Origin: an uncultured Gammaproteobacteria bacterium
GTDB lineage: Bacteria; Patescibacteriota; Microgenomatia; Levybacterales; UBA12049
Direction of reading: 5' to 3'
NCBI GenBank assembly: GCA_964598355.1
Contig: CAZRBN010000002.1
Span: forward strand, 1-46,611
Length of the DNA: 46,611 bases
Within the stretch, counting starts at the first letter, position 1. The number at the start of each line of letters is the position of its first letter. This document shows, one piece after another, positions 30,501-35,754 of this stretch. The position numbers and the translations under genes were made by a program. The notes under the pieces were generated by a model that ran no database searches, was not told the origin of the DNA, and saw nothing but the letters and a program-made list of their open reading frames with translations.

Positions 30501-32347
30501 GTGCTATTTTGGAGTGGTTTCTGAAGGTCAATAACTCCCGACCCATCTGGTGCGAAAACAATATTACCATTTGTTCCTGGATTGGTATTGAATGCTAAGG
30601 TGTTGCCTGCAACAGTAAATTGACCAGTGGTTGATTGGAAGGTTGTGGATGCTCCGATAGTCAGGTTGCCTGAAGAGTTAAGAGCTAAGATAACATTATT
30701 TGTCCCGGCTCCTGACTGGGTGATAGGAGGAAGTCCTTGGAGTGTTTCAGCATTGGTTGCGTAGGCAACTGTAGCAAGCTGTTGGCGTGGAGTCAGCTCA
30801 GCTGTCTGGTTAACGGCAATTCCCAAGAACAAATTTTGATTGTTGGCAAAAAGAGACTGAGGAATTGTTGTGCCTTTACCGAGCAAAATTGAAAAAACGC
30901 CATTTTTGTCTGGGGTAACTCCATTTACCTCTTGCCACAACAGAGCCCCTCCTGTTGCAGTACTGTCCGAATAAATCGCAAATCGCAAGTTGGTACTTGC
31001 GGTGATTGGGGCATCTGAGGTATCGCTCAGCCGTCCTTGGAAAGATAAAATTCTGGGCGGTGAGCTAGCAGCCAGAGTCTGTGATTGCTCTTTTGGTTTG
31101 GCAATAAAGCTGTTATACATACCAAATCCAATTGTTGTACAAAAAACGATGAGTATTGCCCAATTGAAATAATGAGCGAGTGCTATATTATGATACCTTC
31201 TGTACCAATTAGGGCGTGTGTGCCTAGCGTGATGGACAAGTTTTCTATACCAAGGGAAATGTTCAATTGAGATAGCTAGAGGACTATAGAGCGCTTTTGA
31301 GATATTAGATACTTTGAACTTTAAAGCTGATGTATTATTGGAAATTGGAAATTGGAAATTGGAAATTCTCTTTGCCTTAGCAAAGAGTGGCTTGCCTTGT
31401 ATTTTCCAAAGCTGCTTATGAGCGACAATAACAACTTTGGTCAAAGGAGAGATAACAACGACCTCTATTCCCAGATCTATCCCTTTACCAATTTTTTGGA
31501 TAAGGCGAAGGGGAGGGAAGGAGGAGTAATGAGTAACCGTTAACTGTGAAGCGTTAAGGTTTTCTGGCTTATTTTCTTCTTGATGGTTGACTGTTAACGC
31601 TTCACCATCCTCGCGTGACAGATTGTGATGCGTATTGATGTCCTTTTCTGTCAGAGGCAGATCCTGAGTGCTATCGATGTTTGGCTTTATGTTTATATTG
31701 TCAGGGATTGCTATTTGTGCATTTATGAATCCTTGCTGGTTTGCCCAGGCAAAATATTTACGCAGGGATGACAGTTTCCTGTTGATTGATGATGCAGAGA
31801 AGGCCCCTTCTTCGTAGAGCCTTTGCTTATATTCTTCCAACAGTGAAGGATACAAGTAACTAAAAGCATTTTTCTCACCAACTCGTAGTGTCTCATTTGT
31901 GCCGGAAACTGTTTCTACCCATTGAAGAAATTGTTTCACATCGATGATGTAGTTTTTTATAGTTAGATTGCTTGCGTTATAGACATAAAGAAAGTCTTTA
32001 AATTCTTTTATATGCCATGGATCTTGATTGGTATGTCCGTTACTGTTAGCCATCGCATCAAAGGGAGATTGCGAAGCAGCTCCTTGAAGTTTTAGTGCGT
32101 GAAAAAACTTTCTGAGAGAGGAGAGGTGACGTTCAATTGATCGTACTGAATATGCTTTAGATTTATCTTCTACAAACATCTTAATCTGTTCTTGTGTTGT
32201 TTCATTTGGATTAAAAGATTTAGAGAGAGAAGATTCATACCAGGAAATAAACTGTCTGACGTCTGCAATATAATTTTTCACAGTCGCAGTTGAAGGGACT
32301 GGTTTTTGCGATAGTAAGAAATTTTTAAATTTTAGAATAAATTCCAT
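18554..32347 (-). CDS. giant (4,597 aa) single-pass membrane surface protein: 2x recombinase core-binding domain, TM, fibre repeats, blade-like region with LamG insert, Peptidase_G2-like segment
   Basis: Uninterrupted 13,794-nt ORF. Two CB/SAM-like domains at aa 20-95 and 126-207. TM at aa 395-415 (nt 31103-31165), preceded by a basic patch. Repeated ~126-aa modules. LamG-like domain at aa ~3092-3280 (nt 22505-23075). CIDYAEFY...VIGVVS...GRVPVKV segment at aa ~3940-4070 (nt 20135-20545). Confidence 0.9.
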   Translation of the reverse strand: MEFILKFKNFLLSQKPVPSTATVKNYIADVRQFISWYESSLSKSFNPNETTQEQIKMFVEDKSKAYSVRSIERHLSSLRKFFHALKLQGAASQSPFDAMANSNGHTNQDPWHIKEFKDFLYVYNASNLTIKNYIIDVKQFLQWVETVSGTNETLRVGEKNAFSYLYPSLLEEYKQRLYEEGAFSASSINRKLSSLRKYFAWANQQGFINAQIAIPDNINIKPNIDSTQDLPLTEKDINTHHNLSREDGEALTVNHQEENKPENLNASQLTVTHYSSFPPLRLIQKIGKGIDLGIEVVVISPLTKVVIVAHKQLWKIQGKPLFAKAKRISNFQFPISNNTSALKFKVSNISKALYSPLAISIEHFPWYRKLVHHARHTRPNWYRRYHNIALAHYFNWAILIVFCTTIGFGMYNSFIAKPKEQSQTLAASSPPRILSFQGRLSDTSDAPITASTNLRFAIYSDSTATGGALLWQEVNGVTPDKNGVFSILLGKGTTIPQSLFANNQNLFLGIAVNQTAELTPRQQLATVAYATNAETLQGLPPITQSGAGTNNVILALNSSGNLTIGASTTFQSTTGQFTVAGNTLAFNTNPGTNGNIVFAPDGSGVIDLQKPLQNSTLNNNIAPGLRAVEVDSLFAVLATSAASAVIVNQNGSGPLITASSSGATKFTVGNAGDITSANYTVNGGILYTNGTGLFLQTGTGSLGQCLTSNGVGAPTWTACGSGSNFWTLNSTQGILYPINTTLDVFFGGTSTASANFAFINNAPGSGTPTASISGNLTLNSNGVVQTTKNQALTLGGPSTGNIILSPLNGLGNVTIAGLTTGLVHSTNVGVLTSSALNLAGGASEVTGTLPLGNGGTNNNLTADNGGIVYSDASKLQILAHSATTGQCLFSGGSGAPSWGNCTVGGGSNWWNMNLGTLFPVNTTLDLVLGGTGTSSAKFAFINVAAGTPTASISGNITLNSAGIIQTTNNQALTLGGNSTGNIILSPLSGNGTVTINGKVNSNLIPAVTDTYDLGSNSLEWNNIYVKNITSGGTISGFWQRFLGVTSPTNITDDLAIGGTATSTAKFQIFGTTGNATTAGTLTFNTAGNIQTTNNQTLTLGGTSTGGILLSPNNGTGTVTLNGKVASNLIPSVTNTYDLGSNTLQWNNLYANNIFQNGQPIVATWQRNLGVLAPFNIADDVTIGGTATSTAKFQIFGLSGNATTAGNLTFNTAGNIQTTNNQPLTLGGASTGGIILSPNNGTGAITISGRFNSNLIPVTTDTYDLGASSSEWNNLYVKNIISGGSISGVWQRNLGVLSPTNITDDLAIGGTATSTAKFQIFANTGNATTAGNLTFNTAGSIQTTNNLPLTLGGTSTGGLILSPNNGTGTITINGKFNSSLIPSVTNAYDLGTSSLQWNNVYANNVVVNGQSLSQNWQRNLGVLSPLSIADDVAIGGTSTSSAKFQIFGLTGNATSTGTLTFTTGGSQIQTTSNLPLTLGGTTTGGITLSPNNGSGVVTINGSALQTTASTFNVFTTNATTLGLGVTGGTTTVNSALTITGNITPNGQFAASLIPTGNSINLGSPSNNFGTLYATNIILPSSGGIDGYWQLNSGALSPTNITNDVLVGGTATSSAKFQIFGNTGNATTAGTLTFNTTGNIQTTNNQPLTLGGNNTGGITLSPNNGTGAVSLAAATVALTGTTPTVTTISNNALSILAGSGTITLGTNSTGGDIQFFNSSNKITNAGALTIASNLTVNGTGASFIAGRLGIGVSPATATALDVEKDSLGNAGAIFANLNTAGDLLTASNSAGTQFIVSNGGILKVRSFQDLDNTSYFLDPAASGIALLIAGTQGIGTLTPLSLSGLDIEKNAQGNAALVVANLNTAGDLITASNSAGTKFTVQNDGTIKDAKYITDGGVLYGSTTGVISQTTTGNLGECLKSNAGGGPSWGTCGTGGNGSYWVLNTGALYPINATLDVFIGGTATSSAKFAVLNMTGSGTPTASVSSGLNGTSIYMAADGTLQTTRFSNLTVGGATTGDIALTPHNGTGGVTINGARLDANSGGFDLINTGATNVNFAGAASTLSIGATTGTTSINNPLQIKGTSLTTNQTTFSLLNTTATTINFAGGATTAVNVGNSAGTTTLNGNITLGTSNTNTITSTALYNSDIIPTGNGSVNLGSSIHYYNTVYANNIVSPITGGTSGFWSLTNNLIFPINTFYDLAIGGTATGSATPWQIFSTTAGVNTAGTATSSGGLSFRGANTNVSLLNGSALNIKTSVGGDAGLTNQLTLATNGDLTLGGSNIITTQGAVNLFNTTVATLNIGSQAITGINIGNASGANLIRGNITLGSSVTNGINPVGLFTGSLIPNSTSINLGSSANNFGTIYAQNLLLPATGGYDGYWQLNSGVLSPFNMTNDVAIGGTATTSAKFQVFGLTGNATTSGNIVFGGTSATNLIAARNNAGITIGDSQTGNIIFNGGNVGINNGAPLETLSLNKTSGNNVLGFQTNGTTQAFIGVSNSAGGVITGSSIGDLLLRSQGHNIDFSTNSGSSTNLFLNAFIGNTGVGASTNLGNAQLVVNQTNVSGLGDVFTASASGTPLFTIANDGTIKNSLIPNANNTYNLGSDPTAGGKEWDTLYVRQIVTPVNGGLAGFWQLSSQGVLAPANLTNDLAVGGSSTASARFQVFGSGINAGTIALTPNDPKVNSNTGTLPPTNNIINIASTNHTYMTLNDKDLTIGGHKNLFALSNVQKVFVYDTSKDADGGRWTNDERAQSASWYNESRTSVDSCVINTNTRCGAQPFPKKAVLVVTSGTTGALYIFDAKDNSLWMEFDKGSGATEQMVGPTTNSSGNTVTAINGKIYFGTTGSAGGLYVMNFRDDTAYKYNNTGFYNTTSNISARNTPVTYALNPSVNAFINSTAVTDIAVRVVNGKTYFAAANTGNSAGGVSIINETQGQLVGKFGPAAQVKSLWITAQGDLYALVGDQTTPATYALKVKRGIQNLTPSNTNNQTYDEVYAYQASTNYGTTTTDNNTFSSLTLTAGPTATTAAVMNATSMFVTEGTSTVDGKSNTIYIGEGGSNGALAVIQEKQGDIANGSVKYYNSNFITEDMVGDIRGMWSFNETSGNVSDASVKGITLTATSSGGVTYSTSGVRGTALTFNGTTGYLTCTNANCGGTSKLASGGKTWSLGAWVKTSGSTNQMIISKFNSGVAGEYFLYINSIGKAIFSINASPDATSTRSINDGVWHHVVATYDGVNSKVYIDGQLEASQPHSQTIPDNNLDFAIGAYFSSGSPADFFNGSIDEPFVTANTLTGSEIAHIYQVGYRALQNHSSKTIRSIVTGADSNQKLINGNSNVSAVAANMQNGQIYIGTQGGGVSVVGMDTDTVTDIYSSGVSTKDDVGTSWNTSSNNFVTSLAVGQSYGNGSAIAIGASSNTWIETQDTNFKDFLASSYNPFGASLTQSNLNVDSLLRVTNQLSTRLDNVAFGATSSAVLADAFRVDNNGNLLSRSLINSANAMQFQDASGNNIVNIDTTSLGNATVSILQPGAGDILTASSSAGTQLQLTNSGILRVSSFQDLQDTRYFLDPAASGIAMAVNGKVGIGTINPAVALDVVGSINASGSATIYGNINANNDALVIRNSPLNTASNEYVFSHRTNNQDLWLYEYDNASFWNPIKIVYANKSINLNPDGAGNVGIGTTAPAYPLDVVGNVRSSTGFIGTGDDNGGNGGQFRMVFGNYGAFFRNDGSNTYFLHTNSGSQYGVWNNDRQLILPNNSDNIYFSNGTTPGKVGIGTTGPNGKLDVRGSTVSTGAFESLIALGPSDGQTGEIYRSYNGSTTYLGMESYNVGNTVKEPLALQEFGGNVGIGTNNPAARLDLGGGGDFIHFGGGNANSDYTIGDYSESSVHYLGFKPTNNGNAFVIDNNAHTNPHPFWVNTSGNWTVLNGNFGTHGTKILTIGGGCTTVGTNACIDYAEFYNSTEIAAPADIITLDESSPSGKMVRLANSEYDSNVIGVVSTDPAIIIEEGRLSLGGNSADGPSVVPSLKPPVAMAGRVPVKVSTLNGSIHIGDRITSSNIKAFGMKVTKPGAVVGKAMQEFDPANGQNGEGLIDCPAGTPNGVICGKAFIFVNTSWYDPQVYLTSTGDMHLADASPSANFTVPHYYTLNDTLGGSITRMGTFLELAVANLRAGSIQTQQLFTNSLAIATANVTIAGQSLHDYILSVVQNAGLTSGQVAQSDSVKTNVISPLNGGNVALRLTNSGIEVAKDASSSAVASIDNNGNATFSGQLNSQNLAVNADATVSGTLHAHRIVADEITGLSAAVGTLSAQNITNVTNIYFATPSANTIGTNTITGSSSISSSNSGLLAPSLGYANIASYSGFLAYVPNLNANTAMFSQGLVSLGQTSLSDTTINGQLAIGTQLIIADNSVNVLGGTFQIQNLRQGNVSFEGGLIAIDTDGNLTVNGNAIFTKNLAANVITSLANDRDLTFKLGENTMATGSALATTTLSVQNASGSGIFNIDQLGNVIASGAASIAKLNFPAIQPALAVSNIEVVATGSAGTAAVKAHQVEVTIDNKLVTPKSLIYITPVGQTTYTPYLLRQVGGTSFTVGIPVQQFTDTTFNWLIVN
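27850..29360 (-). repeat. in-frame tandem array of four ~376-nt (125-126 aa) fibre modules in A-B-A-B order
   Basis: The landmark CCAAADATYTGGAA (antisense of AKFQIFG) recurs at 29139, 28761, 28386 and 28008, giving periods of 378/375/378 nt. More diverged copies of the same module extend over ~24.3-30.2 kb. Confidence 0.85.
31337..31367 (-). repeat. heptanucleotide microsatellite (ATTGGAA on + strand, AATTTCC on coding strand), 4.4 copies, inside the giant ORF
   Basis: Read directly: ATTGGAA x4 followed by ATT. It encodes RISNFQFPISN (aa 327-337), upstream of the TM helix. Confidence 0.9.
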
Positions 32348-32896
32348 AGGCAGTTAGTTGACGGATGTGAAATGTGAGTGAAAATATGTTTAGCTTCGAA
32401 ATTATACGGATTATACTCATTATCAACCCCACAATCACTACTACTATTAGATTAGAAAGTATATACTATCTTGTCAATGCCCTGGAGTAATAGCATCATG
32501 ATATATTTAGATATATTTTTATGCTCATGAAAAATATGTTTCACATCTCTGTGAAATATATGTTCTATAAATTAATTCGAAAATAAAGAATTAATTGAGG
32601 CTAAATTGATCGATTTACCATTAAAGGGGTATTATGAAGCAAAAGTGAAAAAACAGCCTTAATTCGACTTATTTTTTTGCAAAATTTTATTTTCACTTCT
32701 TTATTTTCACGCTTAAAGAGCTATTTAAATCGTTTTGGCAAAAAGACAATCTAAGTGATAGGTAATAATACTAGGGTATTTGGACTAGATTTATAACCTA
32801 ACTTTTATCTTGAGTTGTAAGCGCAGACTTTTGAGTGTTTTCACGCATATTTTTGTCTCTCTTGTACTCTTTTTGCTAACCTTCTAGAATAAGCAT

Positions 32897-33871
32897 ATGC
32901 CCTTTCAAATATTTAAATACTTACATGCAAAAATATCTAGATGCCAGCATATATTACTATACAAATTAGTCCCTTTGTTTATTTGTTTGTCTATCTATTT
33001 ATTCACCTTTAGTTTGCTTAAGGGACTTGGATTTCAAGGACAGGTATATGCTCAATCAGCATCGCAGAGTGGAGATGTAAATATAATGGTCAGTATAAAC
33101 GGGTATGTCTTAGATCTTTCAGGATATATTGCCCCATACGCATCAATTACCCTTACAAGCAATGGGAATGTTTTTGCTTCGACAGTTGCTGACTCCCAAG
33201 GGAACTTCTCTTTTTCTTCCGTACGCGTTGCAAAAGGTTTTACTACCTTTTGTCTTGATGCAATTGACTTTAAAAGACTAGGAGAGTCTGAGGCGTGCTT
33301 CACAATTCCTCCTGTTACTGGTCCATATAGTAAGTCTCAAATATTTCTGCCTCCAACACTAGGTGTTTTTCGTACTTCAATCAATGTGGGGGATAAGGCA
33401 TTGGTATTTGGGTATGGCATGCCAGGAGCATCAATCAGTATCAAACTAGATAATAAAGTTATTTGTGAAAAGAATGCTGATGAAGGAGGATATTATGAAT
33501 GTAACTTTGCTATTCAAAAAGAAGGAAGCCATGAAGTTTATGCGGATTCCAAGCTGAATAGTAAAGCCTCAGAGCCTCAGCTGAAGAGAGTGTTGATTAA
33601 AGGGATAGGACTTTTGAAGATTGCCAACCCAACTCCAGCTATAGGGAAAAATATTACCAACATTCTTTTCGGTCTGCCAGGCTTACTGATAGCACTCTTC
33701 CTCTTATTTCTGCTAATTATCCTTCTTATTGTATGGCTAAGGAAGGCTAACCCTGCTTGGCTGCCACACGTATTCGTGCCAGATCCTAAGCAGAGTCTCC
33801 GGCATGCCTTTGATAGCCTCTTCAGAGAACGCAAACTGCACCATTGGTGGATGGAAGGGGTAGGATACTAG
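32897..33871 (+). CDS. hypothetical membrane-anchored surface protein with two Ig/carboxypeptidase-regulatory-like beta modules
   Basis: N-terminal hydrophobic segment. Beta-rich modules carry ADSQGNFSFSSVRV and ADEGGYYECNFAIQKEGSHEVYA. A C-terminal TM (LLIALFLLFLLIILLIVWL) is followed by a short basic tail. Confidence 0.65.
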   Translation: MPFQIFKYLHAKISRCQHILLYKLVPLFICLSIYLFTFSLLKGLGFQGQVYAQSASQSGDVNIMVSINGYVLDLSGYIAPYASITLTSNGNVFASTVADSQGNFSFSSVRVAKGFTTFCLDAIDFKRLGESEACFTIPPVTGPYSKSQIFLPPTLGVFRTSINVGDKALVFGYGMPGASISIKLDNKVICEKNADEGGYYECNFAIQKEGSHEVYADSKLNSKASEPQLKRVLIKGIGLLKIANPTPAIGKNITNILFGLPGLLIALFLLFLLIILLIVWLRKANPAWLPHVFVPDPKQSLRHAFDSLFRERKLHHWWMEGVGY

Positions 33872-34769
33872 AGGGATGTTATGGTGTTTTGGATAATTTA
33901 GGACTGTTTGGGAAAGATCTAATATCCCTAGCCTAAATCTTCCCAATAATCCCGAAGAAGCAGCTAATATACTCATGCCAGACGGAAACCTTTCTTCTCC
34001 CAAAACAAATCGAGTCTCTGCAGAGTAAATTTATTAAAGAAGGTAATTTTTGAGAAAAGCTTTTCAAGCAAAGGCTAGTACACAAAAATAAAAGATAATT
34101 TTTGCAGGCCTCATTGGTAGAGTCTTGCTTTAGAGTCTTGTAGTTTTGAAAAGAGGACGTTGTAGGGAAAAATGTGGACAACCCAAGAATTATAGGGGAT
34201 AAGTTTTAAGACCCATAGAACTACTGAAGCTAGGTTACGGTAAAACTGGAATCGCGTATGAAATAGTTGTTTATAAGTATCTGCTCTACTTATGAACCAA
34301 TCCCTTCTTCTAGGTCTATTCATGGTTTCGTATTCTTTTTCACATCAAAAGGAGTAAGGTAAGGAATCAGGGAACAAAAAATAAGGATATTTAAGATATT
34401 TCCTAGAATGATAGGCCAAATGAAATGTCAAAAAACATTATCACTTGCTTTGGAAGCATGCTAGTTATGGCATCAATAGGTATATAAATACATCAATCTC
34501 TCTATGAAAAATGAAAATTACAAGACGCGAAATAGTAATAAGTCCATAGTTCATTGTTAACAGTTCATGCCTTCCTGTAATATACCTGATACTACCTCTA
34601 GCTTCTCTATTTCCATAGTTTAGAGTTTCGGGCATGTTAAAGAAAGGGGTATTACTTGTTTCAGGATAGCCAGAGGGGAAATACGATACATAAAGCATAC
34701 ACTAATTATTATACGTAAGCTCGCATATCTCTTTATCGTCTATCTCAACGGTATAGCCTAAGTAACAAA

Positions 34770-35747
34770 TTATACTTGTTTTATCCGCTTTTTCACTCGT
34801 GTAAAAAGGAAAATGCCAATTACTATCATAAGAGTTATGCCGATAAGATACTGGAGTGGTAAGGCAAAAAAATAGATAGTTCGTTGATAAATAGGACCTT
34901 CAGGAGAAAGTGCTACAGTAAGTGTTGCCTTATATGGTCCAAAAAGAAACTGCTCATTCCAAACAGCTTTTCCAGGCATAAATTGACTTGTGTCAGTGAG
35001 AGTTCGGGATGAGTTAGCAAGGACATTTACCTGGAGAAGGTCAACTGTTCCAATGAGCTGGTCATAAAGATTACGGATGAAAATGTGACCTTGAGGTGAT
35101 ATATAGTAGGGGCTCAGATTTTGTACTGACACACTGAAGGGGATTGGTCCATTGGTGACATAAATAGGCGAATTGAATTTTTCTATAAATCCTCGAGCTG
35201 GGTCTTTCGGCCCGATGGAAAGCAATACGTTACTTGCTATGCCACCAGCTATAGATGACCCATTAGAGTTACCTTCGGGATTTTTGGAAAGAAAGACAAT
35301 AGAGAAGTAATAATCGGCTGGAGGTTCATCTTTGGGCAAGCCAATCTTAAGAGTAAGCTGTTTCTCTTCCTGAGGGCCAAGAGTGACTTCATTGACTGGA
35401 TTATCTCCATCGAGAACTTGGATTTTTTGAAAAATATTTTTATCTCTAAGTTGCAAGTCTTTTTCATCAACAAAATCTACATGTCCCAGGTCATCTTTAG
35501 ATCTGAATGGCCTGAGAGTGATAGAAAGGGTGGTGGGTTGATCCGAGCCATTTTTTATGCTGACTGGGTGGCGGATATCTGTTGGAGCAGTCGCATCAAT
35601 CTGGATAATAGGAGGCTGGATTCCGAGCTGAAGCTCAGAAGCGCTGGCGGTAGTGATATGCAGTAGACTATATGCAGTAAGCAATAAAGGGAAAAATAGT
35701 ACTAACAAACTTTTCCATATGTGCTTAATTCGTAATTGATTACTCAT
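34770..35747 (-). CDS. hypothetical cell-surface protein with signal peptide and C-terminal TM anchor (DUF916/DUF3324-like architecture)
   Basis: Signal peptide ending ITTASA. Two beta-rich domains, then a C-terminal TM (IGITLMIVIGIFLF) and a KKRIKQV tail. Its start lies 7 nt after the stop of the upstream gene. The family call is tentative. Confidence 0.75.
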   Translation of the reverse strand: MSNQLRIKHIWKSLLVLFFPLLLTAYSLLHITTASASELQLGIQPPIIQIDATAPTDIRHPVSIKNGSDQPTTLSITLRPFRSKDDLGHVDFVDEKDLQLRDKNIFQKIQVLDGDNPVNEVTLGPQEEKQLTLKIGLPKDEPPADYYFSIVFLSKNPEGNSNGSSIAGGIASNVLLSIGPKDPARGFIEKFNSPIYVTNGPIPFSVSVQNLSPYYISPQGHIFIRNLYDQLIGTVDLLQVNVLANSSRTLTDTSQFMPGKAVWNEQFLFGPYKATLTVALSPEGPIYQRTIYFFALPLQYLIGITLMIVIGIFLFTRVKKRIKQV

Positions 35748-35754
35748 ACTGCTT

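Noticed and set aside
18831-31543. About 30 plus-strand ORFs of 60-196 aa lying antisense to the giant gene. Several have repeated peptides such as PKIWNFAVLVAVPPI.
   Set aside because: They are the mirror image of the in-frame coding repeats of the minus-strand giant ORF. They have hydrophobic low-complexity composition and no start-site signals. They are explained by the repeat structure and codon bias of the real gene.
18554-32347. A diversity-generating retroelement target (variable repeat/template repeat pair plus reverse transcriptase), since such elements often diversify large surface proteins in small-genome bacteria.
   Set aside because: No reverse-transcriptase-like ORF exists in the window. 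I found no near-identical non-coding template copy of any C-terminal segment. The repeats present are in-frame module duplications.
34105-34143. A tRNA-like D-arm string (CATTGGTAGAG).
   Set aside because: No acceptor, anticodon or T arms can be folded. The local pattern is a 13-nt tandem duplication of TAGAGTCTTG.
33737-34323. Three overlapping minus-strand ORFs in successive frames that might be a frameshifted pseudogene (for example a transposase remnant).
   Set aside because: The translations are Cys/Phe/Leu/Lys-rich with no recognisable motif, as is typical of random ORFs in AT-rich DNA. I keep the region only as an unexplained non-coding gap.
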